Below, piece by piece: positions 9,562 to 19,246 of a DNA stretch of 64,000 nt. A program made the position numbers and the translations under genes. Each line of letters begins with the position of its first letter. The first letter of the stretch is position 1. The notes under the pieces are model-generated. The model ran no database searches. It saw nothing but the letters and a program-made list of their open reading frames with translations, and was not told the DNA's origin. This DNA is from Bacilli bacterium (lineage in GTDB: Bacteria > Bacillota_I > Bacilli_A > RFN20 > CAG-826), in assembly GCA_045117995.1 (NCBI GenBank), contig JBGUOH010000003.1:32374-96373 (forward strand). Direction: 5' to 3'.

Positions 9562-11703
9562 ATGAAAAAGATTAATTGTTTTGTTGCTACGCTGGTAGGG
9601 TTTTTTGCTATAGGTTTAATTGGTTGTAATGCTAATAAGTTACCTACTACACAATATGAGAAAGTTAAGTTTGCTTTTAACGGGGTGGAGAAATCATTTA
9701 AGTCTCCTAAAGTAGTTAAAAGAAACAAACCATTATTATTAAAAAGAAATAAGATAGGGGGATCTAATCCATCCAGTGCTCTAGATACTATTTTCAGCAT
9801 GTATAACGAAGAAGATATACGAGATGACTTCCTAGAAGAAGTAGAATACAACCAACCTCCAATGGTCCAGTTCCAATATATTAAAAAAGTCTTAGAAAAA
9901 GTTGGAAGTGGCTATGAATTTGGCAAGAAGTACTATGACACCATAACTGGCGACATGTATTTAGATGTTGATACTGGTCTAAAAAGAGAAGGTGACGAAT
10001 ATAAATATAACTACACCTTCACTTTAGGTATGGATATTAATATCGATGATAATAATCTCATTACCGCGGATGTATCATTTGATATTAATCTTAAAAAAGG
10101 TAGTGAGTCATATACCACGAAATGGTATGTAGGAATAGAACTAGACTATGATATGGCTAATAACTCTCCTAACTATACAATGAGTATGGTGACAGAGAAT
10201 GATGAAAGAGAACTACCATATTATGGAAGCTATACATATGAATATGATTATGTAGAAGTTAAGAACTCCGAAATTAATGAATGGAGAAAATTCTGCATGG
10301 ATAACGATCATCGATTAGTGAAAGACGCTAGTCATCAAGACTTCAATGCTTACGTTAATGAAGGGTGTGAATATAAAGTAGATGCTTGTTCTTGGTATAA
10401 GAATGGTACTTACTATAAGAACAAGAATGTTAGACAAAAAAGCGAAGCTGCTAAGACAATCGCTAATGCTTTGTTTACTAATTTAGGATTGAACACTAAT
10501 GAGATAGATGCTGATAGATTCTTTAATAAAGCCGGTACACAAAACAGTGTTCTTAAAACTTGCTATAACGATTTCTCTAAAATCGCTAAAGAAGACATTA
10601 TCTATGATCTAGTTTGTAAAGAAGAACAAGAAGAACAAAAACAAGAGATTGTGGCTATTAGAGCAATGAATGCTGATTTATCCGGAGGTGCTGGTAACTA
10701 CCAAGTTCCTGGTAATGTCACTATACGAGAACTACTCAGTGGTTTTGTTGATGAAAATGGAGAGAAACTAGCTATCCATTTATATTACATTGATCAAAAT
10801 TATGCTTTAGTTTCAGAAATCACTGATTTAGTGGCTTTAAGATTCTATATTAGACAACAAGATAACAATGAAGCTAAAGAAGTAAGTTTAGTTGATAGTT
10901 TGTCTGACATTATGGAGAGATATAAATTCACAAGTAGAAACCTCATCATTGCCTTTATGGATGGTCAAGGTATAGGTGGTGTGATGGACTTCATCTATTC
11001 AGGTGATTTACCAGATACATATGTTAAACCAACATTCCCTAAAGCCTTAGCGGACATCGGTGTTCCTGAATATGACGGGGAAAGAATTGAATATGGTACA
11101 CAAGAATTAAGTAAAGAGCCATATGTCTTAGAAATTAAAAATACTAGATATAGTGAATCACAAAACTATAAAAATAAGCTAAACGGTAATGGTTTTATTC
11201 TTGATGGTGGATATCTTGGTACATTTAAAGGTGCCTATTACCGCAAAGAAGCAGGTGATAACTATCTCTGGGTTAATTATGATGATAGTGATGCTAGTTT
11301 AGGCACTGTTATTATTCGTGCTTTCCACGAAGCTAAACCACAACAACAGGAAGATGACAGTATTAATTCCATCTCCATGGTCGGTGATTTCAATGACTGG
11401 GATGTCACAAGTGGTGGTTTGATGTTTACAAAAATGGGTGATGATTTATTCCGTTTAACTAGTGTGTATCTTCAACCAAAACAAGCATTCAAATTTGTTG
11501 TTAATAATGATTGGGGCACTAGAGGCGGCTATGGTTATAGTGATGTTCTTAATATTGCCGAATATGGTGAGTACTTAGCTGGTGGAACAAACGATAATAT
11601 CGTTGTCCAAGATCAAACAGTGTTTTTCGCAGTCGACGCTGTTATTTATGAAGGTAGAATAACATTTACTATTTCTGAATTTGAAGTTATAGCGCCTAAG
11701 TAA
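9562..11703 (+). CDS. lipoprotein with C-terminal carbohydrate-binding-module-like (CBM48/CBM20-like) domain
   Basis: Signal peptide plus lipobox 'AIGLIGC'; C-terminal 'ISMVGDFNDWD...FKFVVNNDWG' resembles glycogen/starch-binding E-set/CBM motifs. Confidence 0.5.
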   Translation: MKKINCFVATLVGFFAIGLIGCNANKLPTTQYEKVKFAFNGVEKSFKSPKVVKRNKPLLLKRNKIGGSNPSSALDTIFSMYNEEDIRDDFLEEVEYNQPPMVQFQYIKKVLEKVGSGYEFGKKYYDTITGDMYLDVDTGLKREGDEYKYNYTFTLGMDINIDDNNLITADVSFDINLKKGSESYTTKWYVGIELDYDMANNSPNYTMSMVTENDERELPYYGSYTYEYDYVEVKNSEINEWRKFCMDNDHRLVKDASHQDFNAYVNEGCEYKVDACSWYKNGTYYKNKNVRQKSEAAKTIANALFTNLGLNTNEIDADRFFNKAGTQNSVLKTCYNDFSKIAKEDIIYDLVCKEEQEEQKQEIVAIRAMNADLSGGAGNYQVPGNVTIRELLSGFVDENGEKLAIHLYYIDQNYALVSEITDLVALRFYIRQQDNNEAKEVSLVDSLSDIMERYKFTSRNLIIAFMDGQGIGGVMDFIYSGDLPDTYVKPTFPKALADIGVPEYDGERIEYGTQELSKEPYVLEIKNTRYSESQNYKNKLNGNGFILDGGYLGTFKGAYYRKEAGDNYLWVNYDDSDASLGTVIIRAFHEAKPQQQEDDSINSISMVGDFNDWDVTSGGLMFTKMGDDLFRLTSVYLQPKQAFKFVVNNDWGTRGGYGYSDVLNIAEYGEYLAGGTNDNIVVQDQTVFFAVDAVIYEGRITFTISEFEVIAPK

Positions 11704-11811
11704 TAGTGCTTTAATAAATAGTTAAATACCTCAACGATAGTTTCTTGTTATTTTGTTATACTTTAAATACAATAAATAGCAATTAATTAAACATATCGTT
11801 GAGGTGTTTTT

Positions 11812-12294
11812 ATGAAAACCAAAATCTTAGAGTTATTAGAAAAGAACGCAAAACTTTCTATTAAAGAAATTGCAGAAGAACTTGATATCAAAGAAAAGGA
11901 TGCCCTCCAATTAGTGGGCGAACTAGAAGCGGATAAAGTGATATGTGGATATTCTGCCATTATTAACTGGGATAAGATCACTGAAGAAAAGTGCAATGCT
12001 TTAATTGAAGTGAAAGTCACGCCTCAAAGAGGTACTGGTTTTGATAGAATTGCTGACCGTATATCTAGATTTGATGAAGTAGATAGTATCTATCTTATTT
12101 CTGGTGGTTATGACTTTATGGTTATCATTAATGGTAAATCTATGAAAGAAGTATCCTCATTTGTGTTTAATAAATTAGCGACGATAGATTATGTACAAAG
12201 TACTGCCACTCACTTTGTCTTAAAGAAATATAAAGACCATGGAGTGCAGTTAGAAGATAAACTAGGTGATAAAAGAACTAATATTGTTTTATGA
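11812..12294 (+). CDS. Lrp/AsnC family transcriptional regulator
   Basis: 160 aa; N-terminal HTH 'LSIKEIAEELDI' and C-terminal RAM-like domain typical of Lrp/AsnC; overlaps the downstream aminotransferase by 4 nt. Confidence 0.7.
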   Translation: MKTKILELLEKNAKLSIKEIAEELDIKEKDALQLVGELEADKVICGYSAIINWDKITEEKCNALIEVKVTPQRGTGFDRIADRISRFDEVDSIYLISGGYDFMVIINGKSMKEVSSFVFNKLATIDYVQSTATHFVLKKYKDHGVQLEDKLGDKRTNIVL

Positions 12295-13448
12295 GAGATT
12301 TCGTATCAGAAAAAATTAAGAACATAAAACCTTCTGGTATCAGAAAGTTCTTTGATATTGCTAATAGTATTGAAGACTGTATCTCTTTAGGTGTGGGTGA
12401 ACCTGATTTTGATACGCCTTGGCATATTACAGAAGAAGGTATCTATTCTTTAGAACAAGGAAGAACTTTCTATACATCTAATCAAGGTTTACCGGAATTA
12501 AGAGAAGAAATCTCTAAATGGAATAAACGTAAATATAATCTTGATTATTCTAAAGAAGAAATCATTATCACCTGTGGTGGCTCAGAGGCTATTGATGTGG
12601 CCCTCAGAGCAACGATTAACCCAGGGGATGAGGTAATTATCCTTGAACCTAATTACGTCTGCTACGAGCCAGATATTTTACTTGCTGGTGGTGTACCTAT
12701 TAAGATTAAACTTAAAAATGAAAATGAGTTTAGATTAACTCCAATTGAATTAGAGAGCGTTATCACTCCTAAAACAAAGATCTTATTAATGAACTATCCT
12801 AATAACCCTACTGGGGCTATTATGGCTAAAGAAGATTTAGAAAAGATATCTAAGGTTATTATTAAACATGACCTCTTAGTAATATCTGATGAAATATATA
12901 GTGAATTAACATACGCTGGTAATCATTATTCTATCGGAGCATTACCAGGTATGAGAGATAGAACCATTACCATTAATGGCTTCTCTAAAACATATTCCAT
13001 GACTGGATGGAGATTAGGCTATGTCATGGGACCTAAAGAAATTATGGATCAAGTTAAAAAGATCCATCAATTCGTGGTCATGAGCGCACCTACGATATCT
13101 CAATATGCTGGATTAGAAGCATTAAGAAATGGTGATGAAGATATTGAAAGAATGAAGAAGGAATACGATAAGCGTAGAAAATATCTCTTAAAAGAATTTA
13201 ATAGATTATCACTTCCTTGCTTTGAACCTAAAGGAGCATTCTATATCTTCCCTGATATTAGAAAATACAATATGAGTAGCGAAGAGTTCGCCACTCAGTT
13301 ATTAAATAAAGAACATGTCGTTGTTGTTCCTGGAACAGCCTTTGGTGATAGTGGTGAAGGATTTATTAGAATATCCTATGCCTATTCATTAGATGCTTTA
13401 AAGGAAGCTATTAAGAGAATAGAGAGATTCCTTAAGAGTCTAAAGTAA
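12291..13448 (+). CDS. PLP-dependent aminotransferase class I/II (aspartate/aromatic aminotransferase-like)
   Basis: 'GFSKTYSMTGWRLGY' PLP-lysine motif region, 'NYPNNPTG' motif; 385 aa. Confidence 0.75.
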   Translation: MRDFVSEKIKNIKPSGIRKFFDIANSIEDCISLGVGEPDFDTPWHITEEGIYSLEQGRTFYTSNQGLPELREEISKWNKRKYNLDYSKEEIIITCGGSEAIDVALRATINPGDEVIILEPNYVCYEPDILLAGGVPIKIKLKNENEFRLTPIELESVITPKTKILLMNYPNNPTGAIMAKEDLEKISKVIIKHDLLVISDEIYSELTYAGNHYSIGALPGMRDRTITINGFSKTYSMTGWRLGYVMGPKEIMDQVKKIHQFVVMSAPTISQYAGLEALRNGDEDIERMKKEYDKRRKYLLKEFNRLSLPCFEPKGAFYIFPDIRKYNMSSEEFATQLLNKEHVVVVPGTAFGDSGEGFIRISYAYSLDALKEAIKRIERFLKSLK

Positions 13449-13474
13449 CAAAAACACTAACATTTTATTTAGAT

Positions 13475-13502
13475 ACCACCTCAATAAATGGGGTGGTTTT
13501 TT
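13475..13502 (+). terminator. rho-independent terminator after aminotransferase
   Basis: 'ccacc-tcaataaatgg-ggtgg' stem-loop followed by tttttt. Confidence 0.6.
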
Positions 13503-13584
13503 CTTAAATAAAATGTCTATAAAATATTGAATTCAATTTACTAAAATGGTAAAATGAATGTGCCACTAAAGAAAGGGGGCTCCA

Positions 13585-13938
13585 ATGAAGATAGTTTACA
13601 GCAATAAAAAGACCGAAAAACTTTGCGAAGATTATAGTAAGGCCATCAAAGATCTTGGCAAAGAAGTTGCTAATAAACTATCTGATTTACTTAACGCCAT
13701 TGAATCGTTCCCAACATTGCTTGATCTATTCTATTTACCACAATATAGATTGCATGCTTTGGGACAAAACAGACAATATCAATACTCATTCGTTATTCAT
13801 AAAGGATATAAGTGGCGATTGATTGTTTATCCACTTGATGAAGGTGGAAATATCCTTAAAGATAAGAGTAACGAAAAAGAGATGTTGTCTAAGGCAGTTA
13901 TGGTAGAGATATTGGAGGTGAGTGAGCATTATGATTGA
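13585..13938 (+). CDS. HigB-like toxin (RelE/ParE superfamily, plasmid killer family)
   Basis: 'RLHALGQNRQYQYSFVIHKGYKWRLIV' matches the HigB/killer-protein consensus (RLE.LKG.R.G.YSIRIN.QWRI.F); 117 aa; overlaps downstream antitoxin-like gene. Confidence 0.55.
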   Translation: MKIVYSNKKTEKLCEDYSKAIKDLGKEVANKLSDLLNAIESFPTLLDLFYLPQYRLHALGQNRQYQYSFVIHKGYKWRLIVYPLDEGGNILKDKSNEKEMLSKAVMVEILEVSEHYD

Positions 13939-15013
13939 GAGAAAGAGAATTGTCAGCCATCCTGGTGTATATGTTAAAGACGCTATTGAATCGTTAGGGC
14001 TGAGTCAAAGTGAATTTGCATATAGAACAGGATTATCAGTTAAAAACGTTTCAACACTTATTAATGGAGAAAGCAATATCACTTTTGATGTTGCTCTTAA
14101 ATTAGCGGGCTTTTTCCACAATAGTGTTGAAGGTTGGATTAATCTTCAAACTAAATACAATATCTTCTTAAATGAAGAAACAAAGCAAAAAGAATATGAA
14201 GAAGATTGGCTTATCGCAAAGCAATTCGATAAAACTTTTGTTCTTAATCTTCTACATATTCAAATCGATTCTAAGAACAAAGAATCCACAATTGATGAAC
14301 TAAGAAAACGATTTAAGGTTGTTAATTTACAAAATCTAAAAAGCCCAGATATGTATGCATTCTGCAGAACAAGTGTTTCGAAAGATATTAATGAAAAGAT
14401 GATTATCATGAGAAACGCATGGATTTCATTAGCTGAAGAAGAGGCAAGACAAATGGAATGCTCTGAGTTTGATAAGGACATGATTACTTCAAATGTTAAA
14501 TATCTCAGATCACTCACTCTTAAGGAACCAGATGAAATGAGCTCTGAATTAACAAACTTCTTAGCTAAGTGCGGTGTTAAACTCGTTATTCTTCCATTCC
14601 TTCCTGGAAGCAACATCAGTGGTGTTACCAAATGGGTCGCTAGCGAAAACTGCGTTATGGTAGCGGTTAATGACTGTGGTAAAGACGCTGATAAGATTTG
14701 GTTCTCCATATTCCACGAACTCGGCCACGCCATCAAGAATCATAAAAGACATCTAACCATTTCTCTTAGCAAGAACAATATAGAAGACGCTGAGGAGATT
14801 GAAGCAAATACATTTGCTAGAGATTCTTTATTAGATAAAAAAGACTTTGAAAGCTTCGTTAGAAAACAGGACTTCTCGATATCAAGCATTAAAGCCTTTG
14901 CTAGATCTCAAGATGTTGCTCCATTTGTGGTCATCGGCAGACTTCAAAAAGAGAAAATAATCGGTTGGGACAAATATCAAAACTATAAAACTAAATACGA
15001 AATTGGTTTTTAA
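13922..15013 (+). CDS. HigA-like HTH (XRE) antitoxin fused to ImmA/IrrE-family metallopeptidase domain
   Basis: N-terminal 'SHPGVYVKDAIESLGLSQSEFAYRTGLSVKNVSTLINGESNIT' (HigA/XRE HTH); C-terminal 'IFHELGHAIKNH' HExxH as in the COG2856 ImmA/IrrE family. Confidence 0.6.
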   Translation: MSIMIERKRIVSHPGVYVKDAIESLGLSQSEFAYRTGLSVKNVSTLINGESNITFDVALKLAGFFHNSVEGWINLQTKYNIFLNEETKQKEYEEDWLIAKQFDKTFVLNLLHIQIDSKNKESTIDELRKRFKVVNLQNLKSPDMYAFCRTSVSKDINEKMIIMRNAWISLAEEEARQMECSEFDKDMITSNVKYLRSLTLKEPDEMSSELTNFLAKCGVKLVILPFLPGSNISGVTKWVASENCVMVAVNDCGKDADKIWFSIFHELGHAIKNHKRHLTISLSKNNIEDAEEIEANTFARDSLLDKKDFESFVRKQDFSISSIKAFARSQDVAPFVVIGRLQKEKIIGWDKYQNYKTKYEIGF

Positions 15014-15196
15014 AGAAGATATCTAACTATTTTCTAGAATAATGATGAAAATCTTAAAAAACTCCGTTTAACTTCTAATAATTAGCCATTTATAATATTT
15101 TTTCTTGATAAAACCTCAATAAATTCGTAGACTAAACGAGTAGTGCGCATCAAATATTGAATTAGATGATGCTTTCGGAAGGAAACAATACAGCAG

Positions 15197-15694
15197 ATGA
15201 AGTATTTTCGACTAATCGTTTTCTCACTTATCTCAGTTATTTTTGTTTACCTTATACCTTTTTTAAATATTGTAGTCGTCAGTTCAAACGCTGAAGGCAT
15301 AATTGCTATTGTTAGTGTTTGCTCTGTTTTATCAAGTGCCGCTGCAGCTTCTTCTTGCTCAGCAAAGTTTTTAGGAAAAAAAGAGAATGGATGGCTTGCA
15401 GCCTTAATCATTCCGTCTCTTTCAATCTCTGTGTTTGTTTTCTGTGCTTGCTTGGCGTATCAATATTTCAATATATTGCTAATGCATGTTAGCTTTTTAA
15501 TTATCTTGACTGTCGTTGCCAATTTGCTAACTTTGGCTCTTTTAATCATTTCTTATTTCCTCGGATTTGATCCTACACCTGATGTAACAGCAGAAGAATC
15601 AAAAGAGGCTAAAGAGTTTGCTGAAAAAGCTAGTGGCGACGGTGAAACTAGTGGAGGTATCAATGTAACTAGAAAAGGAGGCGCCAAACAATGA
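15197..15694 (+). CDS. small multi-pass membrane protein, first gene of five-gene operon
   Basis: 165 aa, several hydrophobic segments, charged Gly-rich C-terminus; stop overlaps start of DGQHR gene (ATGA). Confidence 0.45.
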   Translation: MKYFRLIVFSLISVIFVYLIPFLNIVVVSSNAEGIIAIVSVCSVLSSAAAASSCSAKFLGKKENGWLAALIIPSLSISVFVFCACLAYQYFNILLMHVSFLIILTVVANLLTLALLIISYFLGFDPTPDVTAEESKEAKEFAEKASGDGETSGGINVTRKGGAKQ

Positions 15695-16809
15695 GTAAAA
15701 TAACAATTCCGGCATTTGAAATTGAACAACCAGTCGGTAAGTTTTACGTAGGAAAAGTTAAATACTATGATTTGATAGATTTGTGTTCTAAAGACCTTAG
15801 TAATATCAGTGGAACACAATATGACATATTCCAAAGAAATCTTGACTATACAAGGCTTCCTGCTCTTAAAAGATACATGGAATACTCAAGAGCCTCTTTT
15901 CCAAATGGTATAGTGCTTACTGCTAATTTACCATTCACTTATGAAAACGGAATGATTACTGTTGAAAAGAAAAAAGACGCGTTCTTTATTATAGATGGCC
16001 AACATCGTGTTGAAGCTTTGAAATATTATCATGGCAACAAAAAATTTGAAGTCTGTGTTGTTATTTTTGAACAAACAGACAAAGACATGAGAGCCGAGCT
16101 GTTTACAGTCATTAACAGCGAACAAAAGAAAGTGAATCCTACTGTTAAGTTAAACCTTAGAGGTAACGATATCGTAGATACTCCTGAAAAGGTTGTAAGG
16201 AAGATAGCGATTGCTTTGAATGAATCAAAGGAATCTCCTTTCTATCACCGCATTCGCTTTGGTGATGAATACACAAGAAGAGACTTAATTAAAATCTCCT
16301 TGGCTTCATTTGCTAAACCAATTATTTCCGCGATTTATTATCCAGATAATTTCTTCTCGCTTAAAGACAAATTAATTGAATCAAATAACGATAGAAGTGC
16401 TCTTGAAGAATTTGGATATGTTCATAAAAAATGTCTTTGGAATTACTACTTCAATAACAATGACGAAATTATATATTTAATTCTATTAAATTATTTTGGT
16501 GCGTTTGCAGATTTGTTTGAAAAAGATTGGAAATCACAAAAATCTATCTTGATGAAAACAACAGGTTTTAACGCAATGTTTATGTTGCTAAATGACTTGC
16601 TTAAGAATGCTAATGAGGAAGAAGAAAAAGACTTTAGCTATGAACATTTCTATAACCTCATTACACCATTAAAAATAATGGAAGGAACCTTCGTTCTTGA
16701 TAAATGGGGTGTAGGCCTTGCGGCATCGAGCAAATTATATAGAGAATTCACAAGAATACTTAACATGTCAGCTCAATATAAAGAGTTCGATGATTATAAC
16801 GAAGAATAA
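15691..16809 (+). CDS. DGQHR domain protein (DndB-like / ParB-like nuclease superfamily)
   Basis: Literal 'FFIIDGQHRVEAL' motif; 372 aa. Confidence 0.6.
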   Translation: MSKITIPAFEIEQPVGKFYVGKVKYYDLIDLCSKDLSNISGTQYDIFQRNLDYTRLPALKRYMEYSRASFPNGIVLTANLPFTYENGMITVEKKKDAFFIIDGQHRVEALKYYHGNKKFEVCVVIFEQTDKDMRAELFTVINSEQKKVNPTVKLNLRGNDIVDTPEKVVRKIAIALNESKESPFYHRIRFGDEYTRRDLIKISLASFAKPIISAIYYPDNFFSLKDKLIESNNDRSALEEFGYVHKKCLWNYYFNNNDEIIYLILLNYFGAFADLFEKDWKSQKSILMKTTGFNAMFMLLNDLLKNANEEEEKDFSYEHFYNLITPLKIMEGTFVLDKWGVGLAASSKLYREFTRILNMSAQYKEFDDYNEE

Positions 16810-16823
16810 TTAGTATTTAATCT

Positions 16824-17213
16824 ATGGAACCAATTAAAATAACTTATTGTTATCCCGATAGAACCAAAGAGGGACGAGAACCAGGAGAGTCTTCATTCAT
16901 AGTTTCTGATAGCAATATTGAAACCATTATTGGAGAATCAAATCCTATCGACTGTGTTTGTGACACTATGAAATTGGTAATCATGGAAAAATGTGATAGA
17001 AAGAAACTAAACGAACAAACTGTTTCTTTTTTCAGAGACTTAAATTCTTTCGCAGATTTTGTTAATAGAACCATCATCAACATATTCACGCAAGAGAATG
17101 AGCTTCGATATAGTTCGGTAGAAGTTAATAACATTTTGAAAGAAATAAATTCTGAGTCTGCCAAATTAGCAGATAGTTTTTTTGACGTCTATAATGATTG
17201 CAACAAGGAATAG
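16824..17213 (+). CDS. hypothetical small protein in DGQHR operon
   Basis: 129-aa ORF 14 nt downstream of DGQHR gene; no motif recognised. Confidence 0.3.
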   Translation: MEPIKITYCYPDRTKEGREPGESSFIVSDSNIETIIGESNPIDCVCDTMKLVIMEKCDRKKLNEQTVSFFRDLNSFADFVNRTIINIFTQENELRYSSVEVNNILKEINSESAKLADSFFDVYNDCNKE

Positions 17214-17784
17214 TATGATTGACCGCAAATACTTGTTAGAACTATATAATGCTAGAAAAAGCCAAGCCTGCGTAGCTTTTGCCTTTGACAATGATGGTAA
17301 AAGATATTTCGCTGTAAATGGTAAAGACACAAAATGCCCCGACCAGCTCGAACCCATTTTGAAAGTTTTTGGCGATTCTCCGATTTTTTGCGGTTACAAT
17401 TTTTCATTTACGGTGCTTAGACCATTTGTTAGTAAAAAAACATTAGATGACACATACAATCTTATTGATAATTTGGATTATTCTGGTTCTTCTGTTGGAT
17501 TCGATCTCTTATCTTTTAGATTATATAGGAAGTTCCCGATTAACTATTTATTTGATAATCGACATTTTTCATGCGCTGAAAAGAAAATTGTTGGTTATTG
17601 TGAGTTCATGGATATAACGATTGGGACTTTATATACAACTAAAACGCCGTGCTATTATTGCCTCCCTGTTATTGAATCTGTCGAGTTTCTTACGAAGAAA
17701 TTAGAAAAAAGAACAGTTAAGAAGAGCGGCAGTGCTTATTCTACAGGCGATGGATTGAGTTACTTTTTGTACAAAAGGTATTAA
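17182..17784 (+). CDS. putative zinc-dependent deaminase-fold protein (CDA-like C-A-E ... P-C-x-x-C)
   Basis: 'FSCAEKK' followed 24 aa later by 'TPCYYC', the spacing/signature of cytidine-deaminase-like zinc sites; true start may be ATG at 17215 (RBS aaggaa). Confidence 0.35.
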   Translation: MTSIMIATRNSMIDRKYLLELYNARKSQACVAFAFDNDGKRYFAVNGKDTKCPDQLEPILKVFGDSPIFCGYNFSFTVLRPFVSKKTLDDTYNLIDNLDYSGSSVGFDLLSFRLYRKFPINYLFDNRHFSCAEKKIVGYCEFMDITIGTLYTTKTPCYYCLPVIESVEFLTKKLEKRTVKKSGSAYSTGDGLSYFLYKRY

Positions 17785-17790
17785 TTTGTT

Positions 17791-19053
17791 ATGAGCTGGA
17801 TAAAATTTTCTAGAAAATTTAAGACAATCGTTGGAAACGATGTAATTACAATCTCAAATGGTTCTATCTTTTTCACCAGTGAAGACGGCGAGACACATTC
17901 TATATTTAGCAAGGATTTATATAATTCTATTATTGATGCTGCCGAAATAAAAAGTTTTAATGGTGACATATTGCTTAAGAAAGATACTGTCGAAATTAGA
18001 ATTGATGAAGTCAATGGTAGCGCTCGTGTGCCATTCCGTTATAATAATGAACGCATTAATCATTTTTTTGTAACCTCTGGCCAAACTTTTTTTGATTCTA
18101 TTCAAGTATCAAAAGCCTCTATTGAGTACTTAATTAGTTATTTTGAAAACAATGAGCCCAATAATGCAGTTATGGCGAAATATATGCTCGATAGGATTTT
18201 CGATCCAGATTCTGAGGAAGAAAACCCTAGTGTTAGAGAACCGATAAATATAGTAGGTAGAGTCCTATCTTACATTTTGAGCATTCCCCGTTGCGTTGTT
18301 GTCTCTAGAAAAAAGAATGGCCGCTCTTTGCAAATTAATACTATCTTAGAAAATTGTGAATCACTACTAATGTATATCGCGATGAATTACGGGTGTGCCA
18401 TAAAATTGGGAATTGATAAAAGCTTCTTAAAAAGAAGAGGTTTCTTGCCACGCATGACATACACAATGCCGATAATTAAATGCAAAGATGTATTTGTCGA
18501 AGAGAAATACATTCAGGCAACAGCTACAAATAGTTATGACACTAAGTTTCTGTTCTTTTATCAAATTTTGGAAAGAATCGCTCAAAAAATGGCTCCTTCT
18601 TTGTTCATTGCTGAAATCAGAGACGTCGTCTCTACAAGGTCAAGAGTGTCTGACTATGACAAGTTCGTTGACATGAAAAACAGAATAAATGGTGATAACG
18701 AACAACAATTGCTAGAAAAATTTCTGCGCTCAAAGGTTTTATTAAGCACACTAATGCCTATTATTCCCCCTTCTTTGATTACATATTTTGAGAATACTCT
18801 GCCACGTTTTATTGATCAAAAAATAGAAGCGAAAATCAATTTTAGTAATCAGGCTGATTATTCTAGAACGATGTCTAAAAGAATTTACTGGATTAGAAAC
18901 GCTATTGTTCACGCTAAAGAAGAGAATTTTAAGAAAAAAGCCAAAGAAACACCTTTTGATTGGGCCGTAGATGGCGAGCTGCTCATTCCTGAACTCGCGA
19001 TGCTGAAGTTGATAGTCGATTTTTCAATAAAAGTTTATTCTTCTCGAAAATAG
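17791..19053 (+). CDS. hypothetical protein with C-terminal HEPN-like R-x4-H motif
   Basis: 'YWIRNAIVHAKEE' (R-N-x-x-x-H) near C-terminus as in HEPN RNases; 420 aa; last gene of operon. Confidence 0.35.
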   Translation: MSWIKFSRKFKTIVGNDVITISNGSIFFTSEDGETHSIFSKDLYNSIIDAAEIKSFNGDILLKKDTVEIRIDEVNGSARVPFRYNNERINHFFVTSGQTFFDSIQVSKASIEYLISYFENNEPNNAVMAKYMLDRIFDPDSEEENPSVREPINIVGRVLSYILSIPRCVVVSRKKNGRSLQINTILENCESLLMYIAMNYGCAIKLGIDKSFLKRRGFLPRMTYTMPIIKCKDVFVEEKYIQATATNSYDTKFLFFYQILERIAQKMAPSLFIAEIRDVVSTRSRVSDYDKFVDMKNRINGDNEQQLLEKFLRSKVLLSTLMPIIPPSLITYFENTLPRFIDQKIEAKINFSNQADYSRTMSKRIYWIRNAIVHAKEENFKKKAKETPFDWAVDGELLIPELAMLKLIVDFSIKVYSSRK

Positions 19054-19246
19054 CGTGTAGAGCCAACTGGTTCTGAACACGAATATAAGATTTGGAAAGT
19101 TGAATATATCTCCTTGATATATCCTCTTTTTCTCGTCTCTTACAAATCTTTTGCGTTGTCACAATACTTAATTTATAATTAAAACAAATAACCAAACATA
19201 AGTCGTATTGACTATGTCCAGTCCATAATGGGGAGAGAACTTTTAT

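Noticed and set aside
14260-14736. 158-aa minus-strand ORF inside the HigA-ImmA gene (and similar antisense ORFs at 563..766, 2707..2973, 4240..4491, 20845..21117, 41961..42248, 45369..46022)
   Set aside because: They lie wholly inside longer, motif-supported genes on the opposite strand and have low-complexity composition typical of antisense frames in AT-rich DNA.
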